A stretch of DNA of 62,289 nt, filler included, from Globobulimina sp. (GCA_003354225.1; 21 parts of 21 records of this genome joined end to end with filler, not necessarily neighbours in it); one strand, 5' to 3'; shown: positions 23,780-36,805, counted from the first letter of the whole stretch. The notes: generated by a model from the letters alone, not told the origin. Made by a program: numbers and translations.

Positions 23780-26184
23780 ACACTGCCATTCCTCCAATGA
23801 ATTCGCCACGAAACTATCAGCCGCATCCATTTGATAGAATGGAAAAGTTAGAAATTCGAGAAGATGCCAACGGACAAATATTTGTAAAAGGTGTGCATCA
23901 TATTCCTATTGAGTCTGCAAAACATGCATTGGATGTCATGCGAATTGGTTTGAAATATCGTCAGAAGCACAGTACTCTGATAAATGATGTATCATCACGC
24001 TCGCATACAATATTTACTGTATCCATATTACAAAAAGCACACAATGCAAATGATGACGATAGCGAGTGGTCGTTTGATATCAGTGATACTGACTCATATT
24101 TGCCATTTGGATATGAATTGTTTGGCCGCTTACATTATACTGATTTAGCCGGCTCTGAGAGATTAAATAAAAGCGGTTCTGAGGGTATTCGGAAACTGGA
24201 AGCAGTGAATATCAATAAATCCCTAACAGCTTTGGGTAAAGTTATTATCTCATTAAGTAATCCAAACCGATATAGCCACGTTCCGTACAGAGATAGTAAA
24301 CTAACCAGAATATTGCAAAACGCGTTGAGTGGTAATTGTTATACGACTTTATTAGCCACAATAAATCCGTATGCATATAAATTGAACTCGAATTATGAAG
24401 AAACATTACAAACGTTATTATTTGCGAATAGATGCACCAATGTTTATACCAGAGTACATTCGAATTATTTAGATCATGGCGATAAAATGGTCAAATTACA
24501 AAAGCGAATACAACTTTTATTAAAAGAGTTGAGTGCATTAAAACATATACCGGTGCCGGTGCATCATAATAATAACAATAATAACGATGATGATGGAAAT
24601 TCTATTCGTAAATGTTTGTTTGGTACGAAGCCAGACTTGAAATCTGATTTAAATTGTTTGGTTGAGGCAGCAACCTCGTTATTGACAGGCAATCAAACGA
24701 TTACAAATATTAACAATCCATCACAGAATAAGAGTGATAATAATATTTATTCTCAACAACGTATTCAATTTATAGAAAACATAGACTTTGACAGAATAAA
24801 TGACTTAGAAACGCAAGTTAACAATCTAGAAAATACAAATTCCAACTTACATAACAGAATAACTCAACAATCGGAATCGTATAACTCTCAAACAACAAAG
24901 TTACGAAAACAAATAAAAGATTTTGAAGCGAATCTAGAAGGAAAGGAGCAGTCAATTAAGAATATACAAACTTTATCGAAACAAGCATTAGAAAAACAGA
25001 AAGCAAATCTATTAAACGCTAATCAAAAGGCAATCAAATCAATGTTATTATCATTGTTAAAAACGCCAACACATTCTTTACAAGCAACCATTCGCAAATT
25101 AATAAATGATGAAAGTCATGAAACAGTTGACGTTGATATTAAATTGAAAAATAAAAATAATACAAATAAATGGACCATAACTAATTCAAAGGAGGTGGTA
25201 CCAGCGGGATTTAGCCATATTGCAAGGAAAGAATTTGACAAATTATGTAGAAAAATGGAAATAAAAAAACAAGAACAATTAAATAAAATGAAATATAAAT
25301 TTGAAGAAACATTAAAGCATAAAACATTACGAATCGCGCAGTTAAAAAAAGAAATGGAAATAATGCATAATGAGCACGAAACGCAACATAAAGAATTACA
25401 AAATGAATTTTCATTTTTATACAAATGTTTAGGAAACTTGACGGGCATTGTTGAGCTCATAGAAAAGGGCAAATTTACAGTAAATATTAGCTCGGGAATT
25501 AAGACCATTAAAGTTTCAAAATCAGGCGATACCGAATCATATGCATCACATCACACATTGCAACGTTGTGAAACATTGAAAGAATTATTGCATAGAAGCG
25601 ACTCTTTCATTGAAAAGCAAGTGAGCTGTGATTTAGATGCAGATATCGACACAGATATAGATGTTGAGACAGATATATACATAGATGTAGATAGTGATAA
25701 TAATGACAATGGAATCGATGCAATTGCAATTAATACAATACAATGTCCGTTACAAAATGAACAAATAAATTCAAGCAATTATTATAGAAAAAAAGCATCA
25801 GAAACGAGAAATGCTTTAAACTCATTACGGATTGCATTTGAATCACAGAAAAGACGGTTGCATGTACAAAATGAAAGAATGAAATCGTTGGATAGCTCTC
25901 GATCGAATTCATTATCAAAAACAATTGGAATAAATAATAGTAATACATATACCTACAAAGCAACAGCAAGATCTCTATCACGGCCAAATAGTGCGGTTTC
26001 CAGAAGAATGTTATCGCGGCCAAATAGTGCGAAATTACCAATTCAACACAATTGCAATACACGACAAAGACCAAATAGTGCACATAGAGCTAACAGTGTT
26101 ATGTCATCATATCGGTCGATATCACGAAGCAATACAAGTGGTAAAATTAGACTTCCTTTGAATAAACTTTGTACAAATCAATAA
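23780..26184 (+). CDS. Kinesin: C-terminal half of motor domain plus coiled-coil stalk and tail (5' partial)
   Basis: SSRSHTIF, DLAGSER, NINKSL, HVPYRDSKLTRILQ and ETLQTLLFANR. Confidence 0.95.
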
Positions 26185-26750
26185 TTTTGCTTAAGTCAGG
26201 CAAAAACCGTTAAAATTAAACTTTGAAAACAGTTCTAAAAACAATGAAAACGTCAACTTCTGTAACCGCTACAAACTCTGGATCTGTGGTGTTTTCTTGG
26301 TAGCTTTGTTGATTGAAATGTTAAGACAGCAAATAATGAGGAAAAATAATATTCATATTCAAATAAGGAAAAAGATGTATGGTTCTTTTTTGTCTGCACA
26401 CTTGTTTGCACGTTGTAATATTAATATGGACATGCTGTGTTTTATTAATATATGAGTTATTGTTTCGTCTCCGTCACATTCACCTCGTTATGCCGTGAAT
26501 TCTAGCTTTGATTAACATTAGACTGTGACTAACTAAGTTCGGAGGTTAAACATTCGAAAAACCCTCTTTGTTTAATACCGAATGGCTTTAGCTGCAAGCG
26601 TTCTAAAAAGTGATTCACGTCCCTTCGAAACATTTATAAAGATATACATANNNNNNNNNNNNNNNNNNNNNNNNNNNNNNNNNNNNNNNNNNNNTTAATT
26701 AATTAANNNNNNNNNNNNNNNNNNNNNNNNNNNNNNNNNNNNNNNNNNNN

Positions 26751-27008
26751 AAAAACAAAGGAATTTCAACAAAATCAAAAGAACATCAACGTTTGGCTCA
26801 AGCAAATATTTGTTCAGTATGTCGTCAGTCAGTTCCAAATACAGCAAAAGAGGGCACATTAAACGCTCACATTGAGGCCAAACATTCGGGGAAAAAAAAT
26901 TCAAGGACATTTAAGGAATGCTTCCCTGACTTTGGACAAGGTTATGATCAGCCGGTCAATGACAACAAAAATAAAAAAAATAAGAAAAAAAGGAAAAATA
27001 AGAAATAA
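26751..27008 (+). CDS. Small C2H2 zinc-finger protein, ZNF706/At2g23090-like (5' partial)
   Basis: CSVCRQ....LNAHIEAKH....FKECFP. Confidence 0.75.
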   Translation, partial: KNKGISTKSKEHQRLAQANICSVCRQSVPNTAKEGTLNAHIEAKHSGKKNSRTFKECFPDFGQGYDQPVNDNKNKKNKKKRKNKK

Positions 27009-27354
27009 CATTCAATCAATTGCCAATTGCATATCATACATTGTTTTATCTATAATATCAATCATGTTTTATGGTGTTTCTTTTGTTGTAGAATCACAAT
27101 TTGTATTAGCTTTATAATTCAATTCTATTTGTTCTAATTTTACCAAAGAAATTTTATCATTTTTGTGTGTGCTGTGTGCAAGGATAAAATCACGATTAAT
27201 AGTGAAAATTACTAGTATAGTGGGAGAATTCAATCGCATCAAAATCCGACCCCATGCTCACCGAGCAAGATATCTAAAGTACAGTTATTAAAAGTATTTT
27301 CATTTTCAACTTTAATACTCCATGTGACAGTAAGTCACCACTCAGTCACTCACC

Positions 27355-29621
27355 ATGTCCACATCGTTTTGTTCATTAAGTCGTCGAATATATGTTTCCA
27401 TCGGACGCAATTCATCTCGTTTCCCATTACACGGTAATACACCCAACAAACGACTCATTTCACATCTGTCATATCTCCATTCTAACAATACAACTCACTC
27501 CAATCACTATTCACTACGAGTTATTTGTTTCTCTTCACATTACACACACATCTGAAATTTCTCAAAATTTCTCAATCCATAATACAGCACTCATTCTCTA
27601 CCGATAACTCCGGCAAAAGCAACAACACTCCAAACATAGCAGACCTAAACATTCCACACCTTCCAAACCTGCCAAATCTCCCCAACCTAAACCCCAACAC
27701 TAGCAACAACCGCATATACAACGAAGCAAAGAACCAGAAATCCTTAGTTCGTGCCACCGGCAAAAACAAATCGTTAGTTCCATATATCGGTTCTGTGCTA
27801 ATCGTCCCCGTACAAAAACCACTATTCCCTGGCTTCTCCTCCATGCTCTATCTGAAAGACGAAAACCTCAAAATACACTTTCTCAAACAATTCCGGAAAC
27901 GCATTCAAACGCAATACAACAAAGACAACCACATAGAAAACGCCAAAGACATCATCAACAGCACAGAATGGATCGGGTTATTCCTCGCCAAGCCCAAAAA
28001 CACGCCAATCACTGCCGAAGAAGAGCTAAACCGCACCGAGGCCTCTCCCAACACACCGAGTGCCAACCCACTGATTGACGAGCTCGAGGACCATAAAATT
28101 GTGTGGCATCCCGCTCTCGACGAAGTTAACAGCGACATGCACCATTTCGTAGAGACCCTCCCCAGCTCTACAGAGGACATATTCCAATACGGCGTGTTGG
28201 CCAAAATCGACTACAATGACGAAACCACCAACATTGCCGAATTCGTCAAGCTTGAAAACACTGCCTTGGCCGTCTCAGCGCAGGAAAGTGGCGTGCCGCT
28301 ATCCAACGCGTCGCAGACTATTATCGATATCATCAATGACATGGAACGACTGAAAGACGCAGCAAACAAAAAAAGCAAAAGCACGGCGCCTCGCAGTAAA
28401 AGCAAAGGCATTCCCTTCCCCGTGACCCGCTGGGAAGACCCGCTCGTACTGAAAGTGATCAGTGCTCGCAGAATTAAGTTGGACTCCATCGCAGAGCACC
28501 AGCCCTTACTGACCGGCAACATTCAACACTTACAGCCCAGTATTCAGATAAAAAAACCTGACCTCACTGACCCGGAAACGTTGACTGCGGTCAGTGTGCC
28601 AACAGTGGAGGAGCTGGAGCTGCAGCGGGACATTGAAGACATTCAAGTGTTGAATGACAATAAGCACATTGTGAACGAATCGGAGTCGGAGATTAAATGC
28701 CGTTCGGCCTTTAACGTGGCATCGGATTTACTGCGTAGACTATATGCAGACGACCCGGATCAGCGCAGAGATATGATTCAGTTATGGAGTGCCAGACATC
28801 ACATTGACATTGGCTTTTTTTGCGATTTTGCTGCTTCGATTACCAATTCGACGCCGAGAGAGTTGCAGAAGTTGCTGGAATGTGTGGATTACGGCGAGAG
28901 ACTGGAACTGCTCTGTAAGCTGTTGAAAAGGGAGGAATTTATGATGAAGAAACGCGACGAGATTATGAATAATGTGGACGCTTTGATCAAGAAAGAAGAC
29001 GAAAGCAACTATTTACGCATGGTGCTGCATACTACGCAGCGGCGGTTGATGGTGAACCATCGCGAGCGGAATATACTAACTTACGGCGCTGCGACGGCTG
29101 GCGGGCAACGCGAGAGACTGTCCAATGCGCAGTCATATGTGGAAGGGGGCGGCCATGGCCATGGCCCACAGCAAGCGGCGGAAGAGCAGGAAGAGAAAAA
29201 GGACCGCTATCAACGGCTGGCGATTAAGTTCAAAGAGCGCGTGGAAGGAAAGGAAATGTGCGCAGAGGCCAAGGAAATATTCGACGAAGGCATTGAAAAG
29301 CTGCTCAATGCCAAGAACAAGGAGTCGTTGGACGTGGAGACCACGAAGCAATATCTGGATTGGATGAGCAGTCTGCCGTGGAATTATTACAGCATTGACA
29401 ATGATAACATCAGCGCCGCGCGCGACATATTGGACGAGGACCACTATGGCATGAAGTTGGTAAAGGAGCGCATTTTGGAAGTGATTGCTTGCAATATACT
29501 GCGCGGGGAGTTGAATCTGAATGAAATGGAAAATACTGTGGATATGGATGCGAATGGGAGTGGCAATGTGAATGGCAGTAAGATATTATGCCTGGTGGGC
29601 CCTCCTGGCGTTGGTAAGACG
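27355..29621 (+). CDS. LON: Mitochondrial Lon protease (intron 27520-27587; 3' partial)
   Basis: Arg/Ser-rich presequence exon, PLFPGF Lon-N motif, YLDWMSSLPW, ILDEDHYGMKLVKERILE and Walker A ILCLVGPPGVGKT. Confidence 0.93.
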
Positions 29622-29789
29622 NNNNNNNNNNNNNNNNNNNNNNNNNNNNNNNNNNNNNNNNNNNNTTAATTAATTAANNNNNNNNNNNNNNNNNNNNNNN
29701 NNNNNNNNNNNNNNNNNNNNNCGTTTTGGTGTGTTTTTTATAATTTATATAAAGAGTTTTCTCTACTAACCAGTCCGTGTTATTCCACC

Positions 29790-31665
29790 ATGACAAACGC
29801 AAACACATTAGGCCATCAACGGTATTTTATTTTTTGTATGTTGATCGTTATGGAATTTTGTATTTTGGCCTGGGACATTCATATTCATTTCGATTCGTAT
29901 TATATTGTTCAATACTTATCAATCAATCAAAATAAAAAGCAAAATATTTCCGCTGTATTTGATTGGAATTGGTATGAACAAAATGTAATCGATATATCTA
30001 AAAAAATCAATATTTGTTATCCACCAAATGAATATTTATCCGCAAATACCTGGAGACAAAATGGCTATTCATTGATACAGTGTTATATCAATCCAACATT
30101 TAACAGAAATGAACGATCAGTTTTTGTGGACAGCAAGAGTCGAATGTGGCATTTAACAAAATGGGATGATCGAAATGTATCATATTTCTCGATCTGTAAA
30201 ATGTACAACGTATTCATTGAATGGCATGACAACAAAAATGGGAATCAATACACAGATATCAATGCATATTGTAAAACAAAATATGATTATCATTTAATTG
30301 AGAAACAAATACTTTTCAATCGATACTCAAATTTTAATCACACGCACACTGCAGATCATGCATTCAGATTTTTTATACATAACAACAAAACAAATAAGAA
30401 AACATCAATCAATGATTCGTTAATATATCATATTTCCGATAATATTGCCCCGTATTGTGGTGTCTATGTTTATTCAAAACAATATAAATTTGCAAATCCA
30501 GTTTAGTAAATATATAATGTATGGTGTAATATATATTAATTCTTGATTGTGTGTGCAAAGTGGCATTGTTTGGATGAAATGGTCCGACAGTTTACGATGA
30601 ATAAGTATCTCAATCAAGAGAGAGAGAGATCTGTATTGTTTTTACCATCGTATCAAACGAGAGGATGGAGAACAAATAAACATAATCTGTCACAAAGAAT
30701 AAGTGCATCAAATTATTACTATCTTTATGCAATATTCAAGTATGTATTAATGTGTATTTTATCGATTTATATTCGCATTCAAAAATTGAAAATTCTATAG
30801 ATATTTTATTCCATCACAACACGTTTTACCAATTGCAAAATATATGACTACGCAGCAAATTGTGCAAAGAAATATTATCTCCGAATCAAGCAATCATTTT
30901 ACACAAACCTACGATACAAGAAATAACAACAATTTATTATCCAAATCCGTTTCTGAATTACAACTCGATTATTTTACGCATTATCAATTCCAACCATTCT
31001 TTTTTTATGGATCAGGATCTCAGATATTGCTGCAATTTAGAAAATATTTAATTTCTTTTTTTGATGCGGAATTCAATGGTTATGATTGGATTCATTCTTT
31101 GGTTGAAAGCAAATTTTTTTGTTTTGCGTTCAATAATACGGTACATTGTAATAATAGAAATGATTTTGATTATAACACTCAAAAAAGCAAACAATATTTA
31201 ATATCAGTCATCAACTCACAAAAAATAATGTTTTTCGGAGATCGATGGATTTGTTACAATAATTCATGTGTTTGTAAAAGACGAAGATGTGACGATCAAA
31301 GTATTCATAATCAGTGGTTATCTCAAATTGTACGCACATTTTCCTCAAATTATGTGATTGTTTATGGCAACCCATCATATTTATCATTTGAAACACATTA
31401 TTATTTAATGCGAAATTTGCATATTTTTATATCAACGCATGGTGCCAGTTTAGCGTTGATGATATTACTTGATCCGCCACAGAAAGTATTTGAATTAAGC
31501 ACTAAATCCTCGCGTCATATTGCTCGCTCATTAAAATTGAAATATTTTGGATATCCTTTGAAGGATTCATCACAACAATACATTGAATCGTATTGTGACT
31601 ACCAGCAAACAGTCATATTCAATGTAAGTGATGTCATTTATTATATAAATATATTTCTGCAATGA
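29790..31665 (+). CDS. Type II membrane glycosyltransferase, GT61-like (introns 30501-30560, 30740-30800)
   Basis: N-terminal TM, spliced ANPWHCLDE and IFISTHGASLALMILL..VFEL (HGA motif). Introns join three ORFs in phase. Confidence 0.7.
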
Positions 31666-31759
31666 TTTCGTGTTTGCCAGTTTTAAATAAAAACTATTAA
31701 AATAATCATAATTGTTCTTTGTTGCTTTTACTGAAAAACATTAATTAATTGTTTCCAGC

Positions 31760-32521
31760 ATGTCGCACAAGAAAAGAAAGTCTATTTATAAGTTAAATGA
31801 CGAATCTATCATCCAACGGATGCATGAAAAACCAGCAAGACATTGCAAAGCATGGACAAAAGAAGAACATTGTAAATTATCGGCGCACATCAAAACACAT
31901 TCTGATAACCCCACAGATCCCATCGATATGAAAAGATTTGCAAAAGACTTGAAAAGAAAAAGCACCGCTATTAAAGCACAAATAAAATTATTGAATGAGC
32001 AGAAAATTGAACAGCAAACGTGTACAGCTGCAGATAACAAGAAAATAGATGAGAGCTCAGATGACAGTACAGATTCAGATGACAGCTCCGATGATAGCTC
32101 ATCTTCTCAGTTTGAGGGAGCTGATCATGATAAAAATAAAAAGCATTCTGCTGACACGGCGTATATTGCCATCGATATCCACAAAATAAAAAATGAGCAA
32201 TGCCCACAATTGCAAGAAACTAAGCTGTATCAACAAGCGATGAATTTATTGACCGAAATAAAGCAATATCACACAAAGGGGAATAATCAGCGTCAGGTTA
32301 AAACATTTGAGGCCATAATTGGCGATGTTTGCGGATCCGGATCAAAATGGAGAGATATCAACGTGTTGTGCCATCGCGTGGTATTCGCGGCGGATATCAT
32401 CACAGAAAAAGATATCGATCTCGAGGTCAAAATAGAACAAATAATAATTACAACAACTATTCTTACAATAGACAAAATTCAAAACGTGCAAGATATTGAA
32501 ACAGCTTTTCAGTTTTGTTGA
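31760..32521 (+). CDS. Hypothetical protein with possible Myb/SANT-like N-terminus and acidic tract
   Basis: KAWTKEEHCKL...FAKDLKRKSTAIKAQ; Ser/Asp-rich middle. Confidence 0.55.
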   Translation: MSHKKRKSIYKLNDESIIQRMHEKPARHCKAWTKEEHCKLSAHIKTHSDNPTDPIDMKRFAKDLKRKSTAIKAQIKLLNEQKIEQQTCTAADNKKIDESSDDSTDSDDSSDDSSSSQFEGADHDKNKKHSADTAYIAIDIHKIKNEQCPQLQETKLYQQAMNLLTEIKQYHTKGNNQRQVKTFEAIIGDVCGSGSKWRDINVLCHRVVFAADIITEKDIDLEVKIEQIIITTTILTIDKIQNVQDIETAFQFC

Positions 32522-32692
32522 TGTTTTGTTAATATTAAAACAGCTTTTCAGTGAACTCGAACTAGTTTCAATGCCTATGACTGAAGAATTCGNNNNNNNN
32601 NNNNNNNNNNNNNNNNNNNNNNNNNNNNNNNNNNNNTTAATTAATTAANNNNNNNNNNNNNNNNNNNNNNNNNNNNNNNNNNNNNNNNNNNN

Positions 32693-33572
32693 ATCCGCAA
32701 ATAAATCCGTCTTATTTAAAAATAATATGATCGGCGTATCTGCAAAACACTCATTATTTATTGTGTCAGCAAACAATTCCAATGCATCCGTCATACAGTT
32801 TGTAGTCACATCTTCAAACATTGTCTCATTATAACAAGATAAGGAAACCACAAATATCACGGCTTTCACTTCTGAACACATATAGTTTGTATATACGTAC
32901 AGTCGCACATATTTACAGAAAGAAAAATAATTATAACAAACCATCGAAGCAGTTTATCCATTTCTTTCTTTCTGATTTTTGTCCGCCAACATCAAATATG
33001 TGAAAATTTTGGCCTTTGACAGTGAATCTTTTCTCATTGATCCCCGTGGTGCGATTACGAATGTTCATAATATCGGCCTTTGTTGGCTCGTAATTTTTTT
33101 CTAATATTCGATCCATTGAATTCCAGAAATATTCCGTCGATTCAAATAATATTTTATTGTGTTGATGTTTGTCGAATATACTTTTTAATCTTTCGTCATT
33201 TTGCCAAATATATTGTATATCAGAGGCTATTTCGCGGCTTAATTGTTCTGTGCAATCACAATCATTTAATGCGGTTATTGCTTGTTGTACTTTTTCATCT
33301 TGGTTTGGTTCCTGTAAATAATATTTGATGGCATCTTGCATTTGCGATATTATTTGACAGTCAATCTGTCGCTTTAAATCAGAAAGACCTCTCTCAGTGA
33401 ATCCATTGCCATGCAAATATTGAAGCTGTTTGAATATCGTAGATTTGCCTGAACCGCCAGGTCCGAGAAATAACAGTTTTATTGATGATTGTTCAAAACG
33501 TTCGTTTTGTTTCATTTTTGCATCAATGTACGCTGAATTGTGATCTTTTGGTTTACACGCACAACTACCCAT
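32693..33572 (-). CDS. Heterotrimeric G-protein alpha subunit (intron 32941-32872; 3' partial)
   Basis: MGSC lipidation start, [36 protein letters not shown] and LFLNKTDLF. Confidence 0.95.
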
Positions 33573-33594
33573 GATCTAGCACGCTCAGCTCTGT

Positions 33595-33766
33595 GTACTT
33601 AAGATTATTGTTTTCTCGGTGTTTTATGATTATGGAGTCAACTTTTATTTTTGTTTAGACAGCTCGTGTGATCCATAAAGTTGACCAAGCGGATAAACAA
33701 TAATCACTCTGTTTTGTCTATTGTTTATCCACTGCTGTACGTTGTTGACTCCATAATCTTAAGTAC
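33595..33766. repeat. Nested inverted repeats in the divergent intergenic region
   Basis: GTACTTAAGATTAT and GATTATGGAGTCAAC pair with GTTGACTCCATAATCTTAAGTAC. Inner pair: GGATAAACAATA / TATTGTTTATCC. Confidence 0.8.
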
Positions 33767-33853
33767 CTTAAGTGTTTTCTAATTAAAACAATACTCCATT
33801 TCTTTCAAACCAAAGTGCATTATACAGACATATCCAGATTTAATTTAGTCGCA

Positions 33854-35563
33854 ATGAGCCAAACATATCCCGCAAAATCTGGCAACAAACAGCCAATGTT
33901 AATAAATTCAGTATCAACACCATCCGCAACACCCAATGCATCACTATCTTTATTATGTGATGCTCCAATGCCGCAAGAAGAAAAAGGTAGTTTCCGTCGT
34001 TTTTGTAGTTTGTTCATTGTTGTTTGTAGTTTGTTCAACAATCCAAATAATTATAAACAGTCGATTTTGCGGAAGAAAAAAATGTGCGTACCGCACGAAA
34101 CTCATTTTCTTTAATGGAGGTTAGACAATACAGAATGCACGAAATTGAAAAACATAAAACTAAAAATGATTTATGGATTGTAATCGAAGATGATGTGATT
34201 GAGGTTACTTCATTTTTGCAATTCCATCCAGTTTCGAGTAGCTTTATTATGCAATATGGAGGTACCTTTGCCACAGAAGCTTTTAATTCTGCGTCGCATA
34301 GTAGTTATGCCAAAAAATTAGTGGATAAGCTGAAAATTGGTGTATTAGCAGTACAAGATCGTGTTATTAATAATTCAAACAGAGATAGACGATCTGTTGT
34401 AGACTGGGATAAATTGGAGAAGTCATTATTATGTCCCATTAAAATTGATTCCATTTTTATTTATCCAGTTAAAGGCTGTAAAGGTATTCAAGTGCAATCA
34501 GCAATTATTGACGACTGCGGATTCTTAAATGACAGAATGTATTGTATTGTAGACAAAGAAAATAATATTTATTCGGTTGTCAATCAATTAAAATACCAAA
34601 AATTAGCATTCATTCAACCAGCATTAAAAGATCCAATGGATGAAAAACCGGATGGAATTGAATTATCATATTTTGATCAACAAACAAATAAATTAAAACG
34701 TATTGTAGTGCCAACAATTTCTGATAAGAGGAAAATGATCGCCATTCAATTTAAAAATAGTCCCAGTACAATATTTGGATATGATCAGGGCGACAGAATC
34801 GCAAATTGGATTACACGATTTTTATATACTTATCATAATTGCGTAAATAAAATATTTCGTTTTTGTAAAATTATCAATGACTCAGAACGATATCATTCAG
34901 ATTATTTTTCTTTACCTTTTATTCGTAAAACACATCAGCCAATAAAAGGAGTGTTAAACTACAGCTCAATTAATATCGCATCACACGCATCGATGAAAGA
35001 ATTAAATCGCAGAGCTAAAGAATATAACAACAAATCATATTCGTGGGATCGATTTAAAGTTAATATTATTTTAAAAGGGCTGCCATCTCGTATGTATACG
35101 CACACTTCTTTGCTTTGTATAATATATATATATACCGTATAACTGTATAACTATAACAATATGCAGCGCATTTTGAGGATTTTTGCAAGTTTTTAGAAAT
35201 TGAGAATTCGAATTCGAATGCGAATGAAAGAGAAAATGTCGAATTATTATGGAATCGGAGAAGATATTTTTGCAGTGTACCCAATGTAGACGAAAAAACT
35301 GGGCAACAAACATTAGAACCACAGCAAACATTAACTCGATATAGAAATGGCGTCACATTAAATGATATAACCTCCATTAAAGAAAATGATGCAGTGTTTT
35401 TTGGCTCCTTTTATATTATAAAAAATGGAGGAATTATAAGTGTTGGCAATAGTGTAAATGTCAAACAAACGCAATTTAATACGCTTCGAACTACGCGAGA
35501 AAGTTCATATTTTGGGTTGAAAAATAAAATTGATTCAAATTTTCAAATAAAATCATTATCTCA
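33854..35563 (+). CDS. Cytochrome b5-MOSC (mARC/YcbX-like molybdoenzyme) fusion protein (introns 33987-34060, 35090-35166; 3' partial)
   Basis: b5: EIEKHKTKNDLWIVIEDDV..FLQFHP..GGTFATEAF..SHS. MOSC_N: IFIYPVKGCKG..NDRMYCIVD. MOSC_C: ELNRR..DRFKVNIILKG..FED..CSVPNVDEKTG..EPQQTLTRYR..FFG..GIISVG. Confidence 0.88.
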
Positions 35564-36000
35564 NNNNNNNNNNNNNNNNNNNNNNNNNNNNNNNNNNNNN
35601 NNNNNNNTTAATTAATTAANNNNNNNNNNNNNNNNNNNNNNNNNNNNNNNNNNNNNNNNNNNNGTGATGCAATTAATAAAATCATGAAAATGATGTACAT
35701 TACCTTATAAACCGATTTTCTATATTTTTTATGGATAGAAAATGGATACCGTTATCCATTTTTATGGATAGAATGTCACATCGGATTTTTATCTCGATAT
35801 TTTTTTTGAGATTTTTTTTGAGATTTTTTTTCCGAGAATTTCTCGCGATTTTTATTTCGAGATTTTTTTAATATTTTGTATGTGGTGTACGTATCGCTCC
35901 GCGAATGGCCGACACTCGTTTTTTAAGTTCCGCTTAGTAAGAGCATCCGGTTTTCAACGTCAGATTATTATTGTTTCCAGTCACCAGAAACGGTTTGCAT

Positions 36001-36720
36001 CTACCTCATAATCTTTTTTTTATTGTAAGCATTACATGTGATTGTCATTTTCATTTCTTCATTTTCTCGTTCGGTATATTTTTGATGTTCTATCTGGTCT
36101 GCAAATTCATTATGATTCCTGATTGTATCTTGCTTTGCATTTTGAGTTATATAAGGGTCGTGCCAATTATCTACTGTATGTCTTATACTTCTTCTGTATG
36201 TGCTTGGTAATCCGATCATTTTTCGGTTAATTATTTGTTGTTGTGGAGCTATTTTCCATTCTCTATCATAAAAATGCATTAAATTATCTCTCATATTTGT
36301 TTTTACTGTTGTATGACATTCTTGACTTGTATAATTTTCTAACATTATTCGCCTATGTTGTGGTGTTAATTCTGGATCTGTCAATTTATGTAAGAAATCA
36401 TCTGTGAAAAAAACTTTCTCTTGACCAAAATTTTGTGTTATATTGATCTTGATATTATTTGTTGTTATTGTTGTTGTTGTTTTTAATTTTGCAATTAGTT
36501 TATCTTTCTTCTCAATCATCTTATCTTTGGTTTTCAATTGTCCCTTCAAATATTTTATTAATTCATCTCTGTTTTCAATGATTGTTTTACTATTATCAAT
36601 TAAATCTTGTTCTTCTTGGACTAATTTTGAATGTTTCTTTCCTTTACAATGGGCAGCCCATCCTTTATATCTTACTGTTGTATTACAATATTTACAATGT
36701 TTGCGTGGTCTTGTTGTCAT
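36001..36720 (-). CDS. Zinc-finger/coiled-coil protein resembling giant-virus MIGE-type or virophage ZnF proteins
   Basis: CKYC..HCKGKKH finger, coiled coil, TTNNIKINITQNFGQE and KTNMRDNLMHFYDREW; no introns. Confidence 0.6.
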   Translation of the reverse strand: MTTRPRKHCKYCNTTVRYKGWAAHCKGKKHSKLVQEEQDLIDNSKTIIENRDELIKYLKGQLKTKDKMIEKKDKLIAKLKTTTTITTNNIKINITQNFGQEKVFFTDDFLHKLTDPELTPQHRRIMLENYTSQECHTTVKTNMRDNLMHFYDREWKIAPQQQIINRKMIGLPSTYRRSIRHTVDNWHDPYITQNAKQDTIRNHNEFADQIEHQKYTERENEEMKMTITCNAYNKKKIMR

Positions 36721-36805
36721 TTTTTTTATACTTATTAGAATGTATTAAATTTTAAATTTTAATTGTTAACTTATTTCAAGGATTATTCAAGGATTATTCC
36801 CGAGT

